Source: a virus
Taxonomy: Duplodnaviria; Caudoviricetes
IMG/VR virus record: IMGVR_UViG_3300011335_000219
Location: 1-37,158 of that record
Reading direction: 5' to 3' (one strand)
Length of the DNA stretch: 37,158 nucleotides
The position numbers and the translations under genes were made by a program. Positions within the stretch are counted from its first letter, which is position 1. Each line of letters starts with the position of its first letter. Shown one piece after another: positions 17,785-26,535 of this stretch. The notes below the pieces were generated by a model. It was given only the letters and a program-made list of their open reading frames with translations, ran no database searches and was not told the DNA's origin.

Positions 17785-18555
17785 TCAAAAAGGTGTGTCA
17801 ATCATTCCAGCGCGGCTGCCAGTGCCATAGTCGCCGCCGCCGTACCCACCGCCACCACCATAGTATGGATTCATACTAACGGGGTTACGGTTGTTTAGCG
17901 CGTTAACCAAATTGTTGCCTTGGTTGTAATTCAAATATGTGCTCAAGCCGCCGGTCAAAGCGTTGGCCGTACCAACTTGGCCTGCTGCGCTTGCGGCTGC
18001 GCCTGATGTCATTAAGTTGCCCATGTTAGGGGCGGCGTTTTGCCCAGCAGCGCCAATTTGACCCGTGGCCGTCTGACCAATGCCCGCAAGAGCCGCCAGA
18101 CGGTTGTAGCCCGTAGCCTCACGCGCCACTTCGGCGTTATAGCCCGTCAGCGCCCGGTTGTAGGCGTTTTGGTATTCTTGGCTACCCAAGTCTTGGCCAA
18201 ACCGTTGCGCGGCCTTCATAGCCCCGCCTGAGATCAAACCACCCCTAGCGGCGGCGCTTCGATCCAACGCCTTTTGGCCTTCTGACAATCGGAACGCATA
18301 GCCAGGGTCTTGCCCCAAGTTAACTTGACCTGTAAACGCTCCCGGCATCATGTTGCGTTGCGCTTCAAGCTGGGGCAACGCACGCACGCCAGCTTGGCGA
18401 AATGGCTCTTGCAACGCCGCTTGTTCTCTGAACATTTGCAATTGCGCATCAGACGCGCGGCTGGCAGCGTCTGCCTGAGTGCTGGCTGCGCTGCGCGATG
18501 CGCTGCCGCCCAATAGTGCGCCACCAAAAATTGCGGCGGGTAACATCCAAGCCAT
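17785..18555 (-). CDS. DNA transfer/pilot protein (P22 gp7-like)
   Basis: Gly/Ala-rich N-terminus; DPGYAFRLSEG..AL.RSAAARGGL.SG motif. Confidence 0.8.
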   Translation of the reverse strand: MAWMLPAAIFGGALLGGSASRSAASTQADAASRASDAQLQMFREQAALQEPFRQAGVRALPQLEAQRNMMPGAFTGQVNLGQDPGYAFRLSEGQKALDRSAAARGGLISGGAMKAAQRFGQDLGSQEYQNAYNRALTGYNAEVAREATGYNRLAALAGIGQTATGQIGAAGQNAAPNMGNLMTSGAAASAAGQVGTANALTGGLSTYLNYNQGNNLVNALNNRNPVSMNPYYGGGGGYGGGDYGTGSRAGMIDTPF

Positions 18556-18556
18556 A

Positions 18557-18919
18557 TCAAACTCCTTCGCTTAAAAGCTGTGCAATCTTATGCACTTGCC
18601 GATTATCCACAGGTGCAATGATTACGTCATCGATCTCATCTTCGTTGGTGCAATCAGTTGCGTGAATGCAGTACCAAACAACATCTGTCAAAGAGCGAAT
18701 GCCGTGGTGTTTGCCCGCCTTAACAGTTATGCACGCCGGGGCGTGCATCACGGTAGAGTCACCATCAACAATCAACTCAACTGAGCCTTTAGCCAGCACA
18801 GACAAATGGTCAAACTTGTGCGTGTGCTGAACCAACCATTTATCGGCGGGAATGAATGTTTCCTTGGCGTAAACGCCGCCACCAAAATGATGTTGGATGT
18901 CAGGCTCAATAAACTTCAT
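18557..18919 (-). CDS. Cupin-fold protein
   Basis: HHFGGGVYAKE...HTHKFDH...HH...CIH cupin metal motif. Confidence 0.75.
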   Translation of the reverse strand: MKFIEPDIQHHFGGGVYAKETFIPADKWLVQHTHKFDHLSVLAKGSVELIVDGDSTVMHAPACITVKAGKHHGIRSLTDVVWYCIHATDCTNEDEIDDVIIAPVDNRQVHKIAQLLSEGV

Positions 18920-19254
18920 TAAGTCACCTCACGGCCACTGACGCGCATGTTGATTGCTGTGGCAGTGCCTGCAATGGTGCTGATGAAGTCGCCCGCACTC
19001 AGCACTTGGCCTACCAACTCAGGGAAAGTATAGACCTCAGACGCTTGGAGCGTCTTGGTCTTGGTGATCAAGTTCAGATTGCCCGCAGACCCAGACACAG
19101 TGACTAAGTTGACGCTAATCGTTGCGGCGCTGCCGCTGTAGTTGGTCGCGGTAAATTTGTCGATGATGGTTGTGACACCAGTAGCTGTGTACTGGGTGAC
19201 TTGGGTATTCTCAACAATCTTGGCAGGGACAAGGACTTTGACGGTGACTGTCAT
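18919..19254 (-). CDS. Small virion structural protein (111 aa)
   Basis: Thr/Val-rich beta protein in the tail cluster. Confidence 0.7.
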   Translation of the reverse strand: MTVTVKVLVPAKIVENTQVTQYTATGVTTIIDKFTATNYSGSAATISVNLVTVSGSAGNLNLITKTKTLQASEVYTFPELVGQVLSAGDFISTIAGTATAINMRVSGREVT

Positions 19255-19257
19255 GGG

Positions 19258-19950
19258 TTACTCCAGTAAAAGGCAATTGTTAGCGGCAGCTTGCATGATG
19301 ACCCAATTGGTGCCGTCAGACACCATTGTCGCCCAATTGCCCGCAACTGCCAAGAGGATTGCGGTGCCTGCCGCCCCACCGGCTTGTGGGACGACATCGC
19401 TTGATGCTGACACAAGCGTTTGGGCTTGATAATTTTGGAAAGTCAAATACCGACCGGGCCAGGTGGATGCCGTTGGCAAGGTCACTGTACAGGTCGATCC
19501 TGACTTATTGTTGATGTACCAGTTGCTGGTGCCTACTGTAAAGTCTGCCGTTACAGTCACCGGCACGCTTGACAGCGCCGCGATAGTTGCACTGACGGCG
19601 CCAACGTCAAAAATGGGCTGCGCTTGCAGCCCTTCAATTTGCTTTTGCATCTCGGCCATCTGAGACACCAAAGCCGAACAACAATCAGTCAATATGTCAG
19701 GAACGGGTAAGGTAACGACAGGCGGCAGCGTTTGCAGTTCTTGATTGACCGCACGAAGCGTAGCGTCATAGGACGCAAGCAGCGACTCGGAACTAAACGT
19801 AAGGCCCGAATCGTCAATGACCCCTGTGGCAACTTGATTGAGCGACAAAAAAAACAAGTACCACGCCCGGTCAATTAACCCGGTGCGCGGGTCGATCAAC
19901 GGCACCCTGGGGGGTGTGATGGGCGTCGGGTTTGCGTTGGGGCTAGGCAT
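19258..19950 (-). CDS. Tail protein (needle/fibre-adaptor-like, 230 aa)
   Basis: PRVPLIDPRTG...WYLFF N-terminus, coiled coil, then TVTLPTA...SDGTNW beta domain. Confidence 0.7.
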   Translation of the reverse strand: MPSPNANPTPITPPRVPLIDPRTGLIDRAWYLFFLSLNQVATGVIDDSGLTFSSESLLASYDATLRAVNQELQTLPPVVTLPVPDILTDCCSALVSQMAEMQKQIEGLQAQPIFDVGAVSATIAALSSVPVTVTADFTVGTSNWYINNKSGSTCTVTLPTASTWPGRYLTFQNYQAQTLVSASSDVVPQAGGAAGTAILLAVAGNWATMVSDGTNWVIMQAAANNCLLLE

Positions 19951-21583
19951 TGGTCGGGCTGATAATCAACTCGGCCCCCATGATGGCCACTTTGACCGGG
20001 TCAGTCATGGACAGCTCATAGACGCGGTCTCGCAGCTTGAGCGTCATGCCCAACCGCCGCCAAAACGTTCGGTGGCCATACGCACCAATTCTGCCAAGTG
20101 GTGACCAATGCTCATTTGACCAAGTGTGGCCGCCGTCATCTGACCAACGCAGCATGGCTTCGGGGTCGTAGCCTGGTGCAGCAGGGTATGAATTGGTGAC
20201 AATTTCATAGCCCGTAATGTCAGTATCTGATAGCTCGTATTGCCCAATCGGTTCACTACCAGCGCCGACTTCAGTAGTTAATATGTCGCCTGATTGAGTA
20301 GCCAAATATGTTTGCACATATTGAGCTACAAGATTTAACCCCGACTCGGTGTCTATGTTTTCGCTGTCGTATGCAGGGTATAGGTTTAACCCAACGCCGG
20401 TCTCACAGTCTAATTGCAAGCTGTGATGGGCCGTGCGTTTGAGGTTATTTTGCCCCGTGGGCAGCGCCCGCCAGGTGCGCAACCATTTCTGAATCTCGCC
20501 GTTGTCGGCGTACACGTCAAGGTCAAAAGCGTAAATGTTGCCATTATCAAAGTCGCCAACAACAATTTTGTTGTTAAACGCCATCTGGCAATTGCTACGG
20601 TGCCGGGTAAATTCACCCTCAGCAAAGCCCGCCCGCTCATGCCAAGCCTGGGTGGCCGCGTCGTACACCCAGGTGGTGTTGGCTGTGGGGAAGATTAGCA
20701 CGTAAAAGCTGTGGCCATCCTGTTGATACGTGTACGCAATGGCGTCCGACATATCGCTGTACTGCTGGATTTGCCATTCAACCGCATGGGTCGAGATGCG
20801 CTGGCCTTGGTATCCGTTGGCTCGGTAGACAATACCCTGGCCCCGACGATCCCGGCCCAGCCAGAACAGACCGTTGTCCATCTTGGCAACCGAATAGGGA
20901 GCAGCGCAACCAAGCTCGTTGAACGCGCCTTGGATGCGTTGCAAGGGGAAGTCTGTGGCGCCTGAGTCGTACCAGACTTCAATGGAGTTTGTGCCAAAGG
21001 CCCAGACCTCACGAAAGTTGGATGCTACGGCCACCAGACCATCGGGCGAGCCCTCAGTGCTGGCAAACTCAAGCGGGTCAATGGACGTGCCGTCTAAAAG
21101 CGCCGTAACCCACAGCTTTTGGCTATTGGGTTCGTTGAACACAAAGTAACCATCTAGATAGCAGACCGTCACCGCGCCGGGAAAATCAGGGTCAGTGATC
21201 TGGCCAAAGGCATTGGTGTTGTTGTTGTATATGTAGCTGGGGCCGTTGGCCGCGATGAACAGTTGCGTGCCGTTGTCGGCCATGCTAACCGGCCCAGTGC
21301 CGGCCACGGTGCCAATCAGTGTGGGTGCGTAGGTGTTGTTAATCTTAAAAAGCTGGGTGCCTGACACCACAAACCCTATCCCGTCATTGGGTGAGAACGC
21401 CCACAACCCACGAACCGGGCCGTCACCCACCGTTGACAAAAGCGCCAACCCTGGGCAGCGCTGCAAGAATGCAGGCTCTTTACCGCCCTCGGGGATGACT
21501 TCTGGAAACAGATTGACCATGCGAGCATCCGCAGCATTGACGCTGCGGGTCACATAAGTCGAACCAAGGATGGGCGTTTTCAT
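19943..21583 (-). CDS. Tail hub / packaged-DNA stabilization protein (P22 gp10-like)
   Basis: beta-propeller-like repeats; DGYFVF, YQQDGHSFYVL, WHER and LRWSDDGGHTWS...WRRLG motifs. Confidence 0.85.
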   Translation of the reverse strand: MKTPILGSTYVTRSVNAADARMVNLFPEVIPEGGKEPAFLQRCPGLALLSTVGDGPVRGLWAFSPNDGIGFVVSGTQLFKINNTYAPTLIGTVAGTGPVSMADNGTQLFIAANGPSYIYNNNTNAFGQITDPDFPGAVTVCYLDGYFVFNEPNSQKLWVTALLDGTSIDPLEFASTEGSPDGLVAVASNFREVWAFGTNSIEVWYDSGATDFPLQRIQGAFNELGCAAPYSVAKMDNGLFWLGRDRRGQGIVYRANGYQGQRISTHAVEWQIQQYSDMSDAIAYTYQQDGHSFYVLIFPTANTTWVYDAATQAWHERAGFAEGEFTRHRSNCQMAFNNKIVVGDFDNGNIYAFDLDVYADNGEIQKWLRTWRALPTGQNNLKRTAHHSLQLDCETGVGLNLYPAYDSENIDTESGLNLVAQYVQTYLATQSGDILTTEVGAGSEPIGQYELSDTDITGYEIVTNSYPAAPGYDPEAMLRWSDDGGHTWSNEHWSPLGRIGAYGHRTFWRRLGMTLKLRDRVYELSMTDPVKVAIMGAELIISPTNA

Positions 21584-21584
21584 G

Positions 21585-22181
21585 TTAAACGTAACTTGGA
21601 TACCATTTGGTTGTTGTAGCGTCGTAAGTCATTGTTAATGCCTTACTAACCACCGCTGTGCCCGCAAGAGCAATATTTCCTGCTGTTGTCCAGGTAAATA
21701 TGCCCGTTGGAATTAACGTAATTGCGCCGCCGCTAGCAGAAATTGGCGCGGCTGCTGTGATAGTCACTACTGCCGTTGTTCCCGAAATAAAAGTAATTTG
21801 TTTGGTTGGCGCAATTGTTGTTGCGCTTGCAATTGTTGGCGCAGCGGCGTTTGTCGCGTTAAAACTGCTTAATACAAGACTTGTGCCTGTAGCGGCGCCA
21901 ATTGCCGGGGTAGTCAATACCATTCCTGTACTGGTACAAGCACTGATGTTGCCGCTGGCAACTGTTCCTAGCACAGGCGCGGTCAACACCATGCCTGTGC
22001 TTGTACAAGCGCTGATGTTGCCGCTGGCAACAGTGCCCAGCGCAGGCGCGACTAGTGTTGCGTTGGTAAACAGCAATGCGTTGGTGACCTGTTTAGTTGT
22101 GCCGCCTTGCACAATTGGCAAGACATCACCAACGGCAGCAGCAGTTGCGACGGGGAGGGAGGTGATTGCAATGGTGGCCAT
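21585..22181 (-). CDS. Short fibre/decoration protein with internal 23-aa repeat
   Basis: N-terminus paralogous to that of the 27973-29127 fibre; Thr/Ala-rich. Confidence 0.7.
   Translation of the reverse strand: MATIAITSLPVATAAAVGDVLPIVQGGTTKQVTNALLFTNATLVAPALGTVASGNISACTSTGMVLTAPVLGTVASGNISACTSTGMVLTTPAIGAATGTSLVLSSFNATNAAAPTIASATTIAPTKQITFISGTTAVVTITAAAPISASGGAITLIPTGIFTWTTAGNIALAGTAVVSKALTMTYDATTTKWYPSYV
21913..22050. repeat. Degenerate 69-bp tandem duplication encoding APxLGTVASGNISACTSTGMVLT x2
   Basis: Near-identical peptide units with synonymous divergence. Confidence 0.8.
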
Positions 22182-22182
22182 G

Positions 22183-22914
22183 TTAGTAGTTTCCTGCGTA
22201 AATGTTAAAACGTTGACGGGTGGCGATTAGCGAATACGGCATTGACATGATGTCATCTGGGTTGTTGATGCGCTTCAAGTTGCGCTTGCTGGTCATGGCA
22301 ATGCGCTGCACCTGGGGGCTGGGCTCGACGCCAAACTCAGGCGCAAATTCCATGGCCAAGTTGTACACAAAAGCCCGTAGATACCCAGGCGGAAACAAAA
22401 TGTCGGTTGCCAAATTGGCAGGCTGACTTAGCTCTTGCACGCTGACAAAGTGGAACTCAAGCAGACGTGTGGGGCGTGGGTAGATGTTGATCGTAACGTT
22501 TGGGTAAGTCATGTTGACGAACATGACTTGGGGGAATGTTGAGGTCACGGTCTTGACCGCGATGCCGTTGTACTGTTGCTGATTGATCAGCTTGAGGCCA
22601 TACGACACCCCCGTGCCGGGGTCTTTGAAGTAGGTGGCGTCGTCCACCAAAATGGGCCGTATAGCGGTGCCGTTTAGGCGCACCAAAGAGCCGGTGGGGC
22701 CAAGGGTCTCTTCAATTGAGCCAACCGGCCAATTGACAATCTGGTCGATGGTACAGAAAACAGACAGACGCTCGGTGTTCCAAGAATCAATCATCTGGTT
22801 GAGCGCCATCAAGGCGTCTTGAGACACCGATGCAGAAGGGGTTTCACCTTCGGCCAGCACACCCAGCAGCCGCAGCGCCCGGTTGATCTGATCGGCAGCG
22901 GTGTAGGTCGCCAT
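22183..22914 (-). CDS. Head-tail adaptor (P22 gp4-like)
   Basis: TAADQINRALRLLGV...ALNQMIDSW; YNLA..APEFG; position. Confidence 0.8.
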   Translation of the reverse strand: MATYTAADQINRALRLLGVLAEGETPSASVSQDALMALNQMIDSWNTERLSVFCTIDQIVNWPVGSIEETLGPTGSLVRLNGTAIRPILVDDATYFKDPGTGVSYGLKLINQQQYNGIAVKTVTSTFPQVMFVNMTYPNVTINIYPRPTRLLEFHFVSVQELSQPANLATDILFPPGYLRAFVYNLAMEFAPEFGVEPSPQVQRIAMTSKRNLKRINNPDDIMSMPYSLIATRQRFNIYAGNY

Positions 22915-22916
22915 AT

Positions 22917-23114
22917 TTACGCTCCTTGTTCGACCGCCTCAACAGCCGGGCGGCCACGTCTACGTTTTACTTCCTGTGGAGCCGCCTCTGCAACAGCATC
23001 AGGCGTGTCAAGAGTATAGCGTGTCCAGCCATTTCTTTCATCGTTCTCGGCTTCAAGTTCCATCGATGCAATCTTTGCGCCGTGGACAGGGTGAGACATG
23101 TAAATGATAGGCAT
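22917..23114 (-). CDS. Small protein with HPVHGAK motif and RRRGRP tail
   Basis: ORF track; TAATG overlap. Confidence 0.7.
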   Translation of the reverse strand: MPIIYMSHPVHGAKIASMELEAENDERNGWTRYTLDTPDAVAEAAPQEVKRRRGRPAVEAVEQGA

Positions 23115-23275
23115 TATTCTTCCGTGGGTGTTGGTTCTGGCTCATCCAATCTACGAGCAAGCATTTGATAGGCGTTCAAAACCGCTTGAGCTTGAGTCAG
23201 AAAAACTTGCGCCTTTCCAATCTCTTGCTCAAGCGATTGAATTTCCCCGATGAGAAACTCTTTGGTAATTACCAT
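23114..23275 (-). CDS. Small coiled-coil protein MVITKEFL... (53 aa)
   Basis: TAATG overlaps at both ends. Confidence 0.65.
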   Translation of the reverse strand: MVITKEFLIGEIQSLEQEIGKAQVFLTQAQAVLNAYQMLARRLDEPEPTPTEE

Positions 23276-23871
23276 TAGGCAACCGTGCTGACCATAATGT
23301 AGTAGGTCGTGCCGCCGCTGACCACAGGGATGCAATGGCTGACCACGGGCGATCCCACCTTAGCGCGGAACACGCCAGTTGCACTGACCGCAGGCATCAG
23401 AGCAAAGTTGCCCACTTCGCCCGTGCCCGAGTTGGTCACGCGCAAAAAGGACGCATTGCTCCAGGTGCCGCCAGAGGCAAAGTCAGAATCCAATTGCAAA
23501 GCCGCCAAGGTGCCGCCGGGGTTGGTAGACGAGCCACCAATGGTTGCACGAATGGCGTTGGCCGCGCCGCTGATAGTGCCGCCAGTGTTGACCGAGGTGC
23601 TGATGTGCGCGCCGTTGATCGTTCCGGCAGTTGCGGCAGCAACGCCAGTTACCACCGAAAACGCACGAAGCGTTTCGCCAGAACCTGTGCTTGTAAAAGT
23701 CAGCTTGTTGTAATTCAAACGGGTGTCACCCGACGTTGCCGAAGTGGTGGCATACGCGCCGTTGAGGACGCCAGCAGAAGTGATTGCAATCGGAGCGTTA
23801 GCTTCGCCAACTTGGAACGAATCCAGTTGGGGGTCGGCGTATGCAACGCCAATAGGTTTGTTATTTGCCAT
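23275..23871 (-). CDS. Virion structural (head fibre/decoration) protein
   Basis: MANNKPIGVAYADP start; AAGGA RBS; Gly/Thr-rich. Confidence 0.7.
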   Translation of the reverse strand: MANNKPIGVAYADPQLDSFQVGEANAPIAITSAGVLNGAYATTSATSGDTRLNYNKLTFTSTGSGETLRAFSVVTGVAAATAGTINGAHISTSVNTGGTISGAANAIRATIGGSSTNPGGTLAALQLDSDFASGGTWSNASFLRVTNSGTGEVGNFALMPAVSATGVFRAKVGSPVVSHCIPVVSGGTTYYIMVSTVA

Positions 23872-23894
23872 GATTAAATTCCTTTATCAGTTCC

Positions 23895-23930
23895 AAAAGG
23901 GAAAAATGGGGGTTGTTTAGACCCCCATTT
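23895..23930 (-). terminator. Intrinsic terminator after the decoration gene
   Basis: AAATGGGGGT-loop-ACCCCCATTT then TTCCCTTTT on -. Confidence 0.7.
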
Positions 23931-23933
23931 AAG

Positions 23934-24338
23934 TTAGCCCGCAATGCGGTACAAAGTCCACGAACCATCACCAGTTTTACGTGCGCGGAACAAGGCGCCG
24001 GTGTTTTCCAACACCACCATGTTACCGAGCAATGTCCAACCAGTGGCGGTAGCCAAGGTGCACTGATAGGCAGTGTCGTCAACGGCGACTGCAAAATCAA
24101 ATGCAGCGTTGACTTTCTGGGCGCTGCTGATTGCGAGCTCCAGATCGGCAACGGTAGGCAGCGTCACAACGGTGTCAGCCGAAGTGTTGCTGGTAATCAA
24201 CCCGACGGCCATTTGAGCGCCGGTCAGGGTTGCGGTTGTTGCGGTAATCGCAGTGGGAGCGCCTTGAACCAACAACAGCGCTTCAGCAATATTGCCTGCG
24301 CCGACTTGATAGCCACTAGTACCATTAGGGAGAGCCAT
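23934..24338 (-). CDS. Putative capsid decoration/cement protein
   Basis: Directly downstream of coat; AAGGA RBS; TLPT and FRARKTG motifs. Confidence 0.7.
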   Translation of the reverse strand: MALPNGTSGYQVGAGNIAEALLLVQGAPTAITATTATLTGAQMAVGLITSNTSADTVVTLPTVADLELAISSAQKVNAAFDFAVAVDDTAYQCTLATATGWTLLGNMVVLENTGALFRARKTGDGSWTLYRIAG

Positions 24339-24366
24339 GATAAATTTCCTTGAAAAAGATGTTACG

Positions 24367-24386
24367 AAGAAAGGGGCCGAAGCCCC
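24367..24386 (-). terminator. Terminator after the coat gene (cUUCGg tetraloop)
   Basis: GGGGC-TTCG-GCCCC-TTTCTT on -. Confidence 0.8.
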
Positions 24387-24394
24387 GTTTCAGA

Positions 24395-25594
24395 TCAACC
24401 CCAAATGCGGCAGGCCATCTGAGGACGAATGGTGGAGAAGCCATACAACACGTCGATACGGCAAGGCATACGGTCGTTGTTGATGTCGTACTGGCGAACC
24501 ACACGCAAGCTGATGCCATTGTGGACGGCACGCGCGGCCATGTCGACGCCCTGGGGCAGCAACAAGTCAGCGGTGGCGAACGTGATGGCGTCCTTGTGGT
24601 ATACCAAGTTCTGGGGGTACTGAGTTGAAGCAGCACCCACAAACACCACGGCCTTAGCGTTAGCTGGCAAAGTCAGCATGGTCGCCAAAGCATGGCTGGC
24701 CGAGTACATCGGCGCCACGGTCACGGTAGCAGTGGTGGTGGCTGTCGTTGACGCCAAAGCCACGAACTGGAACAGCGAGCCGGTGGACTCACGGGTCTGT
24801 GGGTTCACAGCAAAGCAGTCAGCAATCGTGAACACGTCACCAACGGCGATGGTTTCACCAGTACCAACAGTCAGCGTCAGCGTAACAGAACCTTCAGCGG
24901 TCACGGCGGCAGCAGTGACGGTGCCGGTAGCGGCGCGGGTGCCAGTAGAGTGCTGCTTGATCGACTGAGACATGTTGATCTCGTCAAAGCCCAACACGCC
25001 CATGCCCATCATGCCGTTCTTGAATTGGCGGCTGATGGTATCGGTGGGGTTGAACAGACCTTTCATGCCTTCGACCAAACCAGCGTTAGCGGCGGGGTTG
25101 ACGGTGGCATAACGGGGGCTCATCACAGCGGCGTTCTCGTTCAGCTTCTGCTGGGCTTGCAACAGCACCAAAGAAGTCGAAGGAGTGGTGCCAGGAGTGC
25201 CCACGGTGTTACCGATGCTCTTGTAAGCATTGGCAACGTCAGCGTCGATGGAACTGGCCAACTGGCTGATACGAGGCTTCAACACACGCTATGCGAAGTC
25301 ATCCAATTGCCTGGTCAATTCAGCAGATGTGAAGTTGACACCAATGTGCTTTTGGCTGGCCACGGTCAAGGTGGTGAACTGCTCGTTGTCGTCTTGAACT
25401 TGCAAGGCGGCGCCGTCGGTCACCAAAGCGCGATCCGGCAGGCGAATACGCAGGGTCGAACCAATCTTGGCACCTTCAACAGCAAAGCTGTCGTCGTACT
25501 GACGGTTCACGTTACGGGTCAACACAAGGTTGTTTTCGAGAATCTCAAGCGCTTTGCGCGTGATCATGTCGATGGTTAAGATACTGTTAGCCAT
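24395..25594 (-). CDS. Major capsid protein (P22 gp5-like) interrupted by an in-frame TAG at 25289-25291
   Basis: Two ORFs in the same frame: ...QLDDFA*RVLKPRISQLA...; C-terminal CRIDVLYG motif. Confidence 0.9.
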
Positions 25595-25614
25595 GAAAAA
25601 AGTCCTTTAAAAAT

Positions 25615-26400
25615 TTAGCGGGTTGCCTGCATCTTTTTCAACTGTCGGGCTCGTTCGGCATCAATCCACTCTGAGGCGCTCATGGTCTTGGTAGACCGTG
25701 GGTCAGTCGTGTCATAAGCCGGCGCTCCAGAGGAGCGAGCCGTCACAGGCGAAATCGGTGCTGGCGCAGACGTTGTTTTCTTCACTGGTGGATCGCTGGC
25801 CAATTTGGCTTCAATCCGTCCAATTTCCTTGGCTTGCAAGATAGGTGCAAGACGGGAGATTCGATCTGCTTCCTTGGGGTTCGCACCGAGGTAGTAAGCT
25901 ACTTCAGGGCCAACGTCCGAGGCTTGAATCGACTGAGCCATCACGGTCGTGATTGGGAGTTTCGGGTTGTACGCGACTTGTTCAAAATCATCGTATTTGT
26001 TCCGAGCTTCTTCTTCCTTTTCGTGGTAGGTCTCAAGAATTTCAGATTGCTGCCGGGCATGTTCACGCTGGGCAAGCAGCTCTTCAGCCTTTTTGTAAGC
26101 CAATGCGTCTGCATAGGCTTCGGGGCTTTCAAACTGATCAACCGGCGGGATGTCTGCTGGCGCTCTCAATGCCTGCGTTTCCGCTTGCCTTTGAGTCTGC
26201 TCTCTTTCCCACTTACGCTGTTCTCTCGCAAGCCGCTTACCGATGGCTGCATCCAGTTCTTCTTGGGTAAAAACCCTTGAAGGTTCTTTTTGCTCATCAG
26301 CGACTACCGGCGCATTTTCTACAGTCTCAGGAGTGGCCGTCACTTCCGTTGCTGGCGCGGAGTCAACTTCCGCTAGGTTTTGTTGGACTTCTTCAGTCAT
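25615..26400 (-). CDS. Scaffolding protein
   Basis: Acidic N-terminus; FTQEELDAAIGKRLARE coiled coil; APAPISPV; directly upstream of coat. Confidence 0.85.
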   Translation of the reverse strand: MTEEVQQNLAEVDSAPATEVTATPETVENAPVVADEQKEPSRVFTQEELDAAIGKRLAREQRKWEREQTQRQAETQALRAPADIPPVDQFESPEAYADALAYKKAEELLAQREHARQQSEILETYHEKEEEARNKYDDFEQVAYNPKLPITTVMAQSIQASDVGPEVAYYLGANPKEADRISRLAPILQAKEIGRIEAKLASDPPVKKTTSAPAPISPVTARSSGAPAYDTTDPRSTKTMSASEWIDAERARQLKKMQATR

Positions 26401-26406
26401 TTCAAT

Positions 26407-26462
26407 GAATCCTAAGATTCCCCGGTGAACCTCACCGGTAAGGTTTTGTCAGCATTATGCTG
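26407..26462 (-). promoter_or_regulatory. Structured leader / internal promoter of the scaffold-coat unit
   Basis: On -: CATAAT inside palindrome CAGCATAATGCTG; hairpin CCGGTGA-GGT-TCACCGG; hairpin GAATC-TTAG-GATTC covering the AGGA SD. Confidence 0.6.
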
Positions 26463-26475
26463 GAATTCTTTTCAG

Positions 26476-26535
26476 TTAGCAATCTACTGCGTTAGCAAAT
26501 TCTGGCAGCGTTTTTAAATGCGCGTAAACTTGTTT
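26476..26535 (-). pseudogene. 3' relic of a tail-fibre accessory gene (KQVYAHLKTLPEFANAVDC*)
   Basis: Open frame starting at the tailspike stop; resembles the 'QAYxHLKTLPEFxxAxDC' C-terminus of small proteins that follow phage fibres. Confidence 0.55.
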
